Source: Candidatus Latescibacterota bacterium
GTDB lineage: Bacteria; Latescibacterota; UBA2968
Direction: 5' to 3'
Length of the DNA: 64,000 bases
NCBI GenBank assembly: GCA_965198115.1
Contig: OZ240241.1
Location: forward strand, 7,072,001 to 7,136,000
Positions 42,682 through 53,214 of the stretch are shown piece by piece. The position numbers were made by a program, and so were the translations under genes. Below the pieces are notes generated by a model. It was not told the origin of the DNA and did not search any database. It was given only the letters and a program-made list of their open reading frames with translations. The stretch's first letter is position 1; every line of letters begins with the position of its first letter.

Positions 42682-43471
42682 AAGCTCCCGATTCCTCCCC
42701 GTGCGACAGCCGTTTCCCCATCCAGGCGATCGCATCGGGCGTCCAGTCCCAGAAACGGATGTTCGCGATCGGGCTGTCTGTGACGAGGGCAGCCTTTATC
42801 CCCTGTCCGACGTCAATCTCTCGGAAGTACCAGCCTTCTGCTTCGCCGTGCCCCTCTACACTCGTGGATCGTTCAGACGAGATGGGCACCTCAAAAGACG
42901 AAAGAGGGTGATAGAGCCCTTTACCGATCGCCTTGACATAGGCCTCCTTCAACGTCCACATGCGGAAGAACAGATCATAGCGCCCCTCAGCTGCGTGTTC
43001 CCTGAACCGTTGAGATTCTCCCAGGGCGAAGTAGTGCTCGACAATGGAGCGGACGTCTACGCGGGTATCGACCGTCTCCACGTCGATCCCCAAACGAGTG
43101 CGACGGCTGAAGCCGATGAGGGAGGTCTCACCCGACTGAGTGGCGTTAAACCGCAAATCGCCGTAGTCACCTTGATTCCGGATTTCCGGCTTTCCGAATC
43201 CCCCTGTTTCGAACGCCACGGATTCCGGCCCCAGGCCTGTATAGATCGAAATCGTACACTTCAGAAACGCCCTTGAAAGACGTGACCGTCGACGATGTCG
43301 GTCGAACCGGTACCGCATCGCTCTTGCGATCTCCTCATCTGACAGAATCGAGATGAGGTCGCTCGACGCAGAATCGGGTAGTTGCAGCGGTGCTCTCCAA
43401 ACGTGTACTTCGCCGGGCGACAAGCCCGGGGCCATACGTGGCACCGGGCGCCACGCGTTCGATTTATCCAC
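42674..43471 (-). CDS. Sfp-type 4'-phosphopantetheinyl transferase
   Basis: LSDEE..RA.RY, GKP, FNATQS, GIDVE, WTLKEAYVKAIGKGL. Confidence 0.92.
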   Translation of the reverse strand: MDKSNAWRPVPRMAPGLSPGEVHVWRAPLQLPDSASSDLISILSDEEIARAMRYRFDRHRRRSRLSRAFLKCTISIYTGLGPESVAFETGGFGKPEIRNQGDYGDLRFNATQSGETSLIGFSRRTRLGIDVETVDTRVDVRSIVEHYFALGESQRFREHAAEGRYDLFFRMWTLKEAYVKAIGKGLYHPLSSFEVPISSERSTSVEGHGEAEGWYFREIDVGQGIKAALVTDSPIANIRFWDWTPDAIAWMGKRLSHGEESGACD

Positions 43472-43492
43472 TTTGCGCCCGTTTTCAGGAGA

Positions 43493-44749
43493 TCACTCCC
43501 GGATGGCTTCGAGAGGCCGATCCCGGACCCCAAGGAATCGACGAAAGTCTGTGTTCACCGACATGCCTGCCGCAAAGATGGCGGCACTCGCGCCACACAC
43601 CGGGTAGATCAATCCGACGTCGTTGTCGACCCAGTCTCCCATAACCCCCGTGACCGCAATGGCGACCGGCGACAAAGCGTTTGATGCTGTCCCCATGAGG
43701 CCGAAGATCCGCCCCCTGATGGCTGACGGGATCGAACGCTGCAACTCGGTGGTCAGGGTGAGGCTGACCATCCCGCCCATCGCCCCCAGAACGGTCAGAC
43801 CGCACAGAGCGGGCAAGGCTCCGCCAACGGTCACTAGAAGACCCATCCCCGTGGCTTGCAGAAACAGCAGGAGAAGGACGACGTTCGCCCTTGCCCCTTC
43901 CGGGACGAACTTCGCACCGGCCACCACATAGCCCACTGTCGCACCCAGACCGTTCGCCGTAACCAAGAATCCATACCACTCGGCCCCCAGTCCCAGGAAG
44001 TCCTCGACGTAAAATGGCAGAAGCATCACAATCGGCCAGACGAAGAAGTTCAGGGAAAGGGCGACGACGATGACTGCTTTCAGACATTTGTCCTCGCGGA
44101 TCATCCTGACACCCTCAAGGCCTTCTCGCCAGAAAACCCGTAGGCGGTCGGACCAACCCTCGAGGCCGTCAGGGAGGGTCTGCTTCGTGCGGATCATCAT
44201 TGCACTCAAGGCAGAGTAGACGTAGCTGATGGCGTTAAGTGCGAAGAGAGTCGTTGCGCCGAGAACACTGAACACGACGCCACCAACGCTCTGACCGGCT
44301 GACTTCGCAACGAACGAAGAGCCCTGATTAAACCCATTGGCTTTTTCGAGACTTTCGTCGGAGACCAGATCCGGCACGATTGCGGCCGTCGCCGCCCCGT
44401 AGAATGCGCCCACGACTGAAATGATGAGTGAGGTAGCGAGCCCCGCGACAATGACCACGTTCCCGGAATCCCCCTGCATGGAAACGATGCCGACGAGCAT
44501 CAGTACGGCAAGAGCTTTGGCCAGATCACCTATCACGATCGTTCGCTTTCGCGAATATCGATCGGCGACGATCCCGCCCAGTGGGCCCAGGATTAGTGAG
44601 GGTAAAGCCGACGACATCATGAACAGCCCCACGATCGTACTGGATTCCGTCGTGTGCTTCGCCCAGAGCACCAGGGCAATCGTGAAAGCATTCGACCCAA
44701 GCCGGCTAATGAATCGACCCTGGAGCAACAGCAGGAAATCACGACTCAT
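43493..44749 (-). CDS. MFS transporter (DHA3/macrolide-efflux-like)
   Basis: GIVADRYSRKR motif A, 12 TM, RGRIFG; ATGA overlap with the upstream gene. Confidence 0.9.
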   Translation of the reverse strand: MSRDFLLLLQGRFISRLGSNAFTIALVLWAKHTTESSTIVGLFMMSSALPSLILGPLGGIVADRYSRKRTIVIGDLAKALAVLMLVGIVSMQGDSGNVVIVAGLATSLIISVVGAFYGAATAAIVPDLVSDESLEKANGFNQGSSFVAKSAGQSVGGVVFSVLGATTLFALNAISYVYSALSAMMIRTKQTLPDGLEGWSDRLRVFWREGLEGVRMIREDKCLKAVIVVALSLNFFVWPIVMLLPFYVEDFLGLGAEWYGFLVTANGLGATVGYVVAGAKFVPEGARANVVLLLLFLQATGMGLLVTVGGALPALCGLTVLGAMGGMVSLTLTTELQRSIPSAIRGRIFGLMGTASNALSPVAIAVTGVMGDWVDNDVGLIYPVCGASAAIFAAGMSVNTDFRRFLGVRDRPLEAIRE

Positions 44750-45615
44750 TGGATCTCGCGACGTGGATCATAAGTCGCCAGCCATGCCAAGACTTCCCTG
44801 CTGTTCTTGTCCACATCCTCGATGTAGCTATCGCTGACACCCGACTTTTCCAAAAACGCATCGAACTCAGTCTTCAGCGCGTCTCTGTCGGACCGGATGC
44901 AGGCCACAACACAACCAAGAAGTGTCCGCTGGACCTCCTGCCCCTTTGGCGAATCGCCCAAACCTCGAATGAGTGTTGCGGACATGCCCGACTCCTGTGT
45001 CACTGTCCGCCAGAAACCCAGGTTGAACAGCTTAAAATTGGCGGTGGCGAACTCGTCAAGAACCGATGGGGCGACGGAGAGCGACCGATAGAGCATTGAA
45101 ACCGAACGGAATACGGTGTGTGGAACCAACTGCAGAAAGCACATGAGCTCGTCGTGGCGGGACAAGCTCTCGAGCATTCGGATCTTCATGCCCGTGTAAA
45201 GACGCCTCGCGAACGCAACGGCTTGTTCGGAGTTGGACCCAATGGGAATAAGTAGGACGTTTTCGTAGTCCCAGGATTGTGGTTGGCAAAGCGGGTTCGA
45301 CGAGCAGACACTCGCACCTGACTCATCCAGATCTGTCAGGTAACCCTCGAGCGGTGCTTTTACGGAGCTGTTTTCCACGATGATCAGAGAACTGGTACGT
45401 TCGTGCCTCAGGACTTCCGCGTAGACGGCGTCAAGAGCTTCTTCCGGGAAGACGCTTATGTAAAGGGCGTCATATACCTCGAGAAGGTCGTTCAACGAGG
45501 CCGAGTTATGACACTCGGGGTCGCTGATCATAATTGAGTCCCCTTGATGCTCGAGGAGACGGCGAACTACGGATCCAATAGCCCCACTCCCCCCCACGAT
45601 CCCTACTCTTGCCAT
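44746..45615 (-). CDS. Divergent prephenate dehydrogenase-family protein (PapC/CmlC-like candidate)
   Basis: Rossmann VGIVGGSGAIG, ISV, ENSSVK (cf. DxxSVK), NPLC (cf. HPMF/NPMF), HDELM..LQ.VPH. Confidence 0.75.
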   Translation of the reverse strand: MARVGIVGGSGAIGSVVRRLLEHQGDSIMISDPECHNSASLNDLLEVYDALYISVFPEEALDAVYAEVLRHERTSSLIIVENSSVKAPLEGYLTDLDESGASVCSSNPLCQPQSWDYENVLLIPIGSNSEQAVAFARRLYTGMKIRMLESLSRHDELMCFLQLVPHTVFRSVSMLYRSLSVAPSVLDEFATANFKLFNLGFWRTVTQESGMSATLIRGLGDSPKGQEVQRTLLGCVVACIRSDRDALKTEFDAFLEKSGVSDSYIEDVDKNSREVLAWLATYDPRREIQ

Positions 45616-45879
45616 TCGCAAAACCCCCAACACACGCCCGGGTCAAATTCGAATCACGTGCTGTCCGTCGTCTCGCTCGACAAACTTGAGCTATGACTCG
45701 GCTCGTTGCAACGTTTGCATGTTATCAAAGCCTGCCGTTTGCCCAAACACACCCAATCTAGTTTCCAGTAAGTGCCTTACTATTCGCTCGCGGCGTTGCG
45801 TTGATCTGAAATCTGCTTATTCTAATTTCTGACAGGGGCATTCCACGCCAGCGTCCTTTCGGATGTTCGGCGAGGTATG

Positions 45880-47256
45880 GAGGTCGAGTCAAGAGGTGTG
45901 TAAATAGATCAGGCGGCCAGCTTCTTCCCGGAGTCGATTGTGGTCATAGTTTGGTTGTGCTGTGCATAAACAACGTGTAACAGATGGGGTGCATTGAGTC
46001 GCCGGAAGCGTTTCTCGGCGACCATCAGTGTTCGCCAGATGAGAGCGCTTGCCGAGACGACCTTCTTGTAGCGTTTGGCGGCGTTGGTTCGTAACCGCAC
46101 GGATGCAAAGGGGCTCTCGACGATGTTGGTCGTTCTCAGGTGGCGCCAGTGTTCTTCTGGGAAATCGAAGAAGGTGAGCATCCTATCCCAATCCCGTTCG
46201 AGTGTTGCCACCGCCTTCGGGAACTCGTTGCGATATCGTGCGACGAACTGCTTGCGCAGCTTCTCCGCATCCTGACGCGTGCTGGCATAGGGAATCTGGA
46301 CGAGCAGTGCACGAGCTTGAGGCTGCTGACGTTTGTGGATCTGGTCCGGGACGTTGAGAATCTTGTGGTTCCAGCACCGCTGCTGACGGGTGTGCGGCCA
46401 GACCTGATCGACGGCAGACCAGATGCCCATATTGCCATCGGCCGCCATCAGAATGGGGTGATCCAAGCCGCGATCCCGTAGGTCTCTAAGGACAGCCAGC
46501 CAGGACTCGGTCGACTCGCGATACCCAGGCACCAGGCCCAGAACCTCTTTGCGGCCGTCACTCATGGCGCCGATCACGACAAGCAGACACGCCTTATCTT
46601 TCTCAAGTCCGGCTTTGACGTAGATCCCATCGGCCCAGGCATACACGAGCTCACGATCGTCCAGGCGTCGTTCCTGCCAGGTCTGGTAATCAACCTCCCA
46701 TTGACCGCGGAGGCGAGCAATCGACGAGGGGGAGAGCGGAGCCCCATCACCGAGAAGCCCTCGCAGGGCCAACTCGAAGTCGCCCTGAGACAGACCGTGG
46801 AGATAGAGCTCCGGGAGCAGTTCCCCCACCTCTCTCGTGCGCCGAGCGAACAACGGCAGAATCCTGCTCTCGAAGCGCTCCTCCAAACCGCGAACACGGG
46901 GCCGCTTGATCTGGATCGTGCCGCAAGAGGTCGACAATCGCCGCAGCTTCCCATAGCCGTTGCGATAACCGGATCCTGCATCTACGGCTTCTTTGCGCTC
47001 ATACCACCCGCGTCCGAGGAACTGGGTCACTTCCTCCTCAACGATGGACTGAATGCGAACCTCGATTTCCTTACGCAACCACCCCTCAAGGGTTTCCCAC
47101 GTCGGCATGGACAACGAGGGGGACTTCGACTTATGTTTTCCCACGGCGATCCTCCTTCCCACCGGGCCTGTGAACCCGGTATTTCGTGGATATTGTTATC
47201 TCACGGGAAGTGTAGGGTCGCCTTTTCTATTTTTCCACACCTATTGATTGTAGCTC
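45880..47256 (-). mobile_element. Complete IS256-family element, no target-site duplication
   Basis: Imperfect TIRs GAGGTCGAGTCAAGAGGTGTGTAAA / GAGCTACAATCAATAGGTGTGGAAA; flanks differ. Confidence 0.9.
45909..47162 (-). CDS. IS256-family transposase
   Basis: YRNGY, WADGIY, AADG, QRCWNHK, LRTTNIVES. Confidence 0.95.
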   Translation of the reverse strand: MGRRIAVGKHKSKSPSLSMPTWETLEGWLRKEIEVRIQSIVEEEVTQFLGRGWYERKEAVDAGSGYRNGYGKLRRLSTSCGTIQIKRPRVRGLEERFESRILPLFARRTREVGELLPELYLHGLSQGDFELALRGLLGDGAPLSPSSIARLRGQWEVDYQTWQERRLDDRELVYAWADGIYVKAGLEKDKACLLVVIGAMSDGRKEVLGLVPGYRESTESWLAVLRDLRDRGLDHPILMAADGNMGIWSAVDQVWPHTRQQRCWNHKILNVPDQIHKRQQPQARALLVQIPYASTRQDAEKLRKQFVARYRNEFPKAVATLERDWDRMLTFFDFPEEHWRHLRTTNIVESPFASVRLRTNAAKRYKKVVSASALIWRTLMVAEKRFRRLNAPHLLHVVYAQHNQTMTTIDSGKKLAA

Positions 47257-48021
47257 TCTCCAAAAATCTCATCCATCAATGCCCGAACGCGATGGACGTT
47301 TTCATCACCAATCTGCATGAAGATAGAAGCAGTGTCGGCAAGGAGATCGCGGGCAACTGTTAGGCGGTCTCGAAGATACGTGAGGTAGCTGTGGATACCA
47401 TAACGCCAAGTATCGCGGAAGGCTTTGACCTGCTCCGGTTCTCGGGTGATGTGGTCAACCCGACCGTCTTTCACATCCCGACTAGTGGTCGACCACTGAA
47501 AGTTGCTGTTGAACTTGATCCCGTACGGTGGGTCAACGAAGATACACTGTACCTTTCCCCGCAACCCTTCACGTTCCGCAAGGCTTGCCATAACCTGTAA
47601 CGAATCACCCAGGATCATGCGGTTGGACCAGTTCTGGTCGTGCTGGTAGAACTCGGTTCTGTCAACTCCCTTGGGAATACCGTTGAAGTCGGCGAAGAGG
47701 TTGGCCTGTGCTCCGGGGGGTCTCCGCTTGTGTTTCTTCCGTCTGCCGAAGGAGATCGTCGATCAACACCTTCGGATGAACCTTTTCCTGGATGTAGAGC
47801 GGCGGGGCGTGGACGACGAGGTCGCTCCAGTCCTGCTCATCCTTCCCACGCCAGACGAACTGGGGGTCGAGATCGGTGTTCCGTGGATACTTCACCGGCC
47901 GTGGCTCGGTATCGTCTGGTCGGAGCACGGACTGATGCTCGGCGGAGGGGATGTTCCTCCGCTTGGCCTCGTCGTGCGTGATCGTTTCGACGGTCTTGCG
48001 AGTGCCGCGCCTCTTGGCCAT
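47257..48021 (-). pseudogene. Type III R-M adenine methyltransferase (Mod), frameshifted and 3'-truncated by IS256
   Basis: [47 protein letters not shown]. Confidence 0.88.
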
Positions 48022-48024
48022 AGC

Positions 48025-50735
48025 CTAGCTGTCCTCAGTCACCGAATGTGCGGTCGCGGTGTCGATTATCTTGTCGAACTTGTCTCCGACCTTCGCCGCA
48101 AAGTCGGTCTCGATCTCGTAGACCTCGGTGAACTCGGCGAAGGCCCAGTGTCCATACGTCTTGAGATTATTCACGCCGTGTACCCAGTAGGTATCCATCG
48201 TGGACTTCTTTCCCTTCGCGTCCTCGCGCCGGTAGCCCTTGATCTCGACGATCAGGCGCAGCAGGTCGTCCGAGCCGTGGCCGTCGTCCACCAAGACGAT
48301 GAAGTCAGGCAGATACTTTCGAACATCGGAGCCGTAGCGATACGGCACTTCGAGACCCAAGTTGTGGTTCTTCGTGTAGGCCACGACCTTCGGATGCGAC
48401 TCGGCGACACGGCAGAACTCGGCTTCCCAGTCGCTGTCGAGCACCACCCAGTTGACGTGGTTCTTGGGCGCTGGACCACTGGTGTCCCAGCGGTCCGCGC
48501 GGGACGTGTTGAATCTGACGTGGGCCGTGGAGCCGGTGGGATTGTAGGGGTCGAGCAGGGCTTTGATGGGGCGGTGGTCTTCCAGCGCGTTGGTGATGCC
48601 GGCGGTGATGCGGGTGCACGCCATATCGGCCAGCTCCTGATACATCAGCTGGGCAGGATAAGTGCCGCCCTTGCAGACGAGACAGGTGTCGAGCCACTGC
48701 TTCGTGATGCGTTTGAGCTGGCCGAACAGATAGAGCTTCGGCTCTTCCCCCGGATCGCGCCATTTCGTGTAGAGCAGGCGCTGGGTGACGTGGAACAGCA
48801 GCGTGGACGGCCGCATGTCTCCTAGATGCTCCAGGTTCAGGTCCACGCCTTCGCCGATGATGCCCGCATTCCGTGTAATGGACGGGCCAACCAGATCGGG
48901 GCTGAGTTCGAGAATGGAATCGGCACTGAAGGTGGCCGTGAGGCGCTCCTCGGGCAGTTCGACGCGGTAGCCTTCGACGCGAGGGAACTGGATTTCGAGG
49001 GCGTCTCGCTCCGGGCGCATGGCTTTGACCTGAACCGTCTCACGCGGCGGCTGCGGCGGGGCGATAACGGGCTTGGCCGTGAAGTCGAAGGGAATGCCGA
49101 AGATGTCTGCGTATTCGACGTTGAAGAGATTTTCGTCATTGAGGTCGTAGGATTGGCGGCGCAGCGCACGTCCGATAACCTGTTCGCAGAGGAGCTGGGT
49201 GCCAAAAGCGCGGATGCCGAGGACGTGGGTGACGGTGTTCGCATCCCAGCCTTCCGTCAGCATGGACACGGAGACGACACAGCGGATGGAGCCGCCGAGT
49301 TGTCCGTGCTTGCCCACGGTGTTCGTGACCTCACGCAGCAACTCCTGATCGCTGATGTTCTCCCCGGCACGGGCATCCCCGGTGCGTTCGATGATCTCGC
49401 GGCGGAAACGTGCAATCTCGTCGGCGGCCATGCCACGAAACTTGTCGTCGAGGGCGTCGCCGGCTTCTAGCTGCTCACTGTCGATCAGCAACGTGTTCGG
49501 ACGAGCGAGCGGATTCCCCGTGGTTTCGTCGAAATTGCGGAAGAGTGCCAGGCGACCGTTTTCCAGTGCGGTGGTCCCGTCGGCGTTCTTGCGTTGAAAA
49601 CCGGAGATGAAATCATAGACGAGCTTCGAGATGGCGGTGTTCTGGCAGACGATGATGAAGCAGGGTGGCACACGAATGCCCCCTGTCTTCCACAGCTTGA
49701 AGGTCTTCTCGTAATGCCCGTAGAGCGCCTCAAGAGCGGTTTGCAGTCGGGGAGGCAGTTTGAGGGGATCAAGCTCTCCGCCCTGGCCGCGCCCCTTCTT
49801 GGGCATCTCCTTGCGGATATTCTCCCAGAGGTTGCGATAAACGGGCATTTCGTCGCCGGGGATGTTCTGAGCCACCGGGACGCGCGGCAGTTTCACGATG
49901 CCGCACTCGATGGCGTCCATCAGCGAGAAGTCGCTCATCGTCCACGGGAAGAGCGTTCCCTCGGCATAGCCGGATCCGCGCAGGAAGAAGGGCGTGGCGG
50001 ACAGATCGATCACACGAGAGCGGCCGAGCTTACGATTCACGGCTTCGAGACCCGAGATCCAGAGGCGCCGCTTCGTTGTTCTTTTCGGCCAATTTTTTGT
50101 CATCGCCCTTCAGATGCGCATCGTCCGGCTCCGGTGGCTTCTCGCGGTAGCAATGGTGCGCCTCGTCGTTGAGCACGAGGATGTTCTTGATACCCATCAG
50201 ATCAGGCATGACACGCTGGAGCATCTGCCCTTCAGTTTCAGTGGTGTTCAGCTCGTCGCCGGTGCGGCCCTTGAGCAACGCGCGTCCGCCGGCAGACAGC
50301 TCGATGCGCTCGCGTAACTTGAAGGCGTGGTAGTTGGTGATGACGATCTTGGCGCGGTTCACGTCGTCGAGCAGGTCGTGCGGCACGAGTTCGCGGCTGG
50401 CGTAGTAGCTGTCCGGGTCGTTCGGCTGGAGGACGCGGAGCCGATTCTTGATGGTCAGGCCTGGAGCGACGACCAGGAAGCCTCGGGTGAAGTGTTTGCT
50501 GGCGGGATGGCGGACCGCGTTGACCGTTTGCCAGGCGATCAGCATGGCCATGACAGTTGTCTTGCCAGCCCCGGTGGCCAGTTTCAGCGCAAGGCGCATC
50601 AATTCGGGATTGGCGTCCTTGTTGGCTCTGGCCAAGTGGTCGAGCAATCGTTTGCCGCCCTTGAAGTGCGGCGCGACCTCGGTCAGCCAAATCGCGCTCT
50701 CGACGGCTTCTACCTACAAAAGAACGGGCGGATGC
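48025..50735 (-). pseudogene. Type III restriction endonuclease Res (BPTD_3080-like), 5'-truncated and frameshifted
   Basis: RPFFC.VEAVE, KLATGAGKT, NDEAHH, LSATP, MLTEGWD, EQVIGRALRR, YLPDF...VEIKG. Confidence 0.88.
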
Positions 50736-51609
50736 GGCCCCTTGTTGCAAGGTACTGACGTTCTCCAGTTCGAAATAGCCAGTATCCACCCCCCAGATAT
50801 CGTGCTCCGTTTCGCCTACTACCAAGCGGTCCCGTTCAACTTTGTTGTAACTGAAACGAGCGTTGAGGTTCAGCAATGGCCTGTTTTCAGGGTTCCCAAG
50901 TTCTGTCCTCAACCGAGGTGTCGGCTGGATCGAGATACGCACCGCCGCCGGTGGTCGTGCGAGCCGTGTAATTCTTATCCAAACCAACATAACTCAACTC
51001 GAGGCGCTGGCCGTCGTCAACATTGTAGACGCTTTTTAACAACAAATTAGCGTCTGTCGCCCCGGTCGAGCCCAAAAGTGCCTGCAAGTGATTAGCGACA
51101 ATTAGAACTCCCACCCTCATAGCCTCTCTGTCCTTGATCTTCCCGCCGTCCGAAATCGGTCCCGAGACGTAGATCCCTCTCTCACGTCGATGCGTGTAGA
51201 CCCCTTTCTGGGTGCGATGTTCGTAGTGTGAGACGTTCGGGGTGGTTTGATTATGGGCTCTGAGCGGGCTTAACTTTGCCCTTCTGTGCGGGTTTTCGAG
51301 GACCTCGACGAGGTTCCGAACCCAGAGGACGTCAAGACCGATCCTTGAGCCCGGTCCAGACTGCGGGATACCTCGCAGATCAAGTTACCGACCTCCGCAA
51401 GGAGCGAAGCGTCGCGAGAGCCACTACCTCATCAATTGGGCAATGTGACGCATGCTTTTCATCAGTGATGTCGTCAACAACTGCTGATACGGGGCTTCGG
51501 GAGCTTTTTCCGCATAGAGCCTCCACGGGTCATACTGACCTTGATATACCTAAATAGTACCGTAAATTTAAGAAATAAATTCACTCCTATTGAGTATAAG
51601 GGATATACC

Positions 51610-52186
51610 TATCCTGGAAGTCGACCTCCCACTTCCCTCGAAGACGAGCGATCGAGGTCGGCGAAAGCGGCGCGCCATCACCGAGCAGCGCACGCAAAGA
51701 CAACTCGAAGTCGCCCTGGGAGAGACCGTGGAGATAAAGGTCGGGAAGCAGATCTCCAATGGCCCTGGTTCTCCGGGCGAACAGGGGGAGGATGCGGCTT
51801 TCAAACCGCTCTTCCAGACCACGAACCCGGGGACGCCGGACCTTGATCGTTCCGCAGCTCGTCGAGAGACGCCGGGGCTTGCCGTAGCCGTTCCTGTAGC
51901 CCCTGGAGCTATCGACCTCGGCTCGGCGCTCATACCACGACCGGCCCAAAAACGCGGTCGCCTCCTCCTCCAGAATGGACTGGAACCGGCCCTGGATCTC
52001 TTCACGGATCCAATCGTCAACCGTCTCCCACGTCGGCATGGACTTCAATGGGGCTCTATGCGTATGTTCCTTCACGGCGATCCTCCTTCCCAACCGGGCC
52101 TCTCACCCGGTTTTATGTGAATCAACTATCTCACGGGAAGGGTAGGGTCGCCCTTTCTCTTTTTCCACACCTTTTGATTATAGCTC
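51610..52186 (-). mobile_element. Truncated IS256-family element (left end plus 5' transposase)
   Basis: Near-identical to 29257-29787; related to 45880-47256. Confidence 0.88.
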
Positions 52187-52390
52187 TCTCAGCTCTTCAA
52201 CTTCCGCATCAGGAAAAACGGTAATGGACAGTGTGAAATCAGACATCAATAACTCGGTAGTCATCGTTGAGCCTCGGTATGTTATGTTTTTAGCCATCTC
52301 GTTCCTCCCGAGCCCGAAATGACCGGGAGGCTTCTATAGGATTGTATATAATCCCCCCCCCAAGAGTCAAATTCATGAAGGAGAGTCCGC

Positions 52391-52591
52391 ATGCAGTGCA
52401 TTTGTCCCGTCAAGGATTGCGGTGCGGTAATCAACGTTTCGCCATCGAACGATCCAGTCGTCACCCGATTGTGTCACAAGTGCGATTCCATTCTCAACAT
52501 CAGGATGGCTAACGGCAGGGCGTCCAGCATCGAGATCGAATTTTCCCCAAGCCAGGATTGGAAATCGGGCATAAGGACCAAGGGGACGTGA
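52391..52591 (+). CDS. Small putative zinc-ribbon protein (66 aa)
   Basis: AGGAG RBS; CPVKDC...CHKC. Confidence 0.5.
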   Translation: MQCICPVKDCGAVINVSPSNDPVVTRLCHKCDSILNIRMANGRASSIEIEFSPSQDWKSGIRTKGT

Positions 52592-53214
52592 AAAGGGCAA
52601 GCCTGCGCGAGGCGGTTCGCCGGTCGGCAGTACCCCCTGCGCCGGATCGAGGTCTTTTACGAAACGCCCCTGGGCAAGATCCTTCACGGCGACGCTCGCT
52701 GCTGGCTCTTCAACGGCGTTCCCGAGAAGTCGGTCGGGAACGGTGCTGGTAGTGGCAAAGAGAACCCCTTTTCTCGTGTGATGAGAGAGGGGTTCGTTAT
52801 TGTAGACACTTTGGGATGTAGCTGCCAGGGCCGGCCTGGGGCGGCGTTGGAGCACCGATAACCGTCGTGGTCAGTCAGACTTCATTCTCAGAGATAATGA
52901 AAGAAGGCTCAGGCTGATTGCGTCAGGTCGGGAACGCATCTACGCGAATACGATTCTGGGCGCACGCGCGCCGCCCGCAAGGATCGACGCATCGCTCGGA
53001 AATCCCATCGTCACCTTCGCGATCCTCGGTTTCACGCGACTGGTGATCCGCTCAAAGCTCACGGAAGGAAGGCTCGAAATGACTCCGGTACAGAGTCTAC
53101 GTCACACGATATGGGAAGTAGCAAGCGCGGGGCAAGGAAACAAGCCGATTTGAGCGATCCTGCTCGACGAGAAAACGAAGGACCGAGCAAGTTCCACAGC
53201 GGGAGGTCAGAACG

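Noticed and set aside
37522-45615. Identification as the chloramphenicol, obafluorin or albicidin cluster
   Set aside because: No halogenase, diiron N-oxygenase, transaldolase or pABA-type NRPS modules are seen, and the gene order differs; only the precursor logic or HtpG use is shared.
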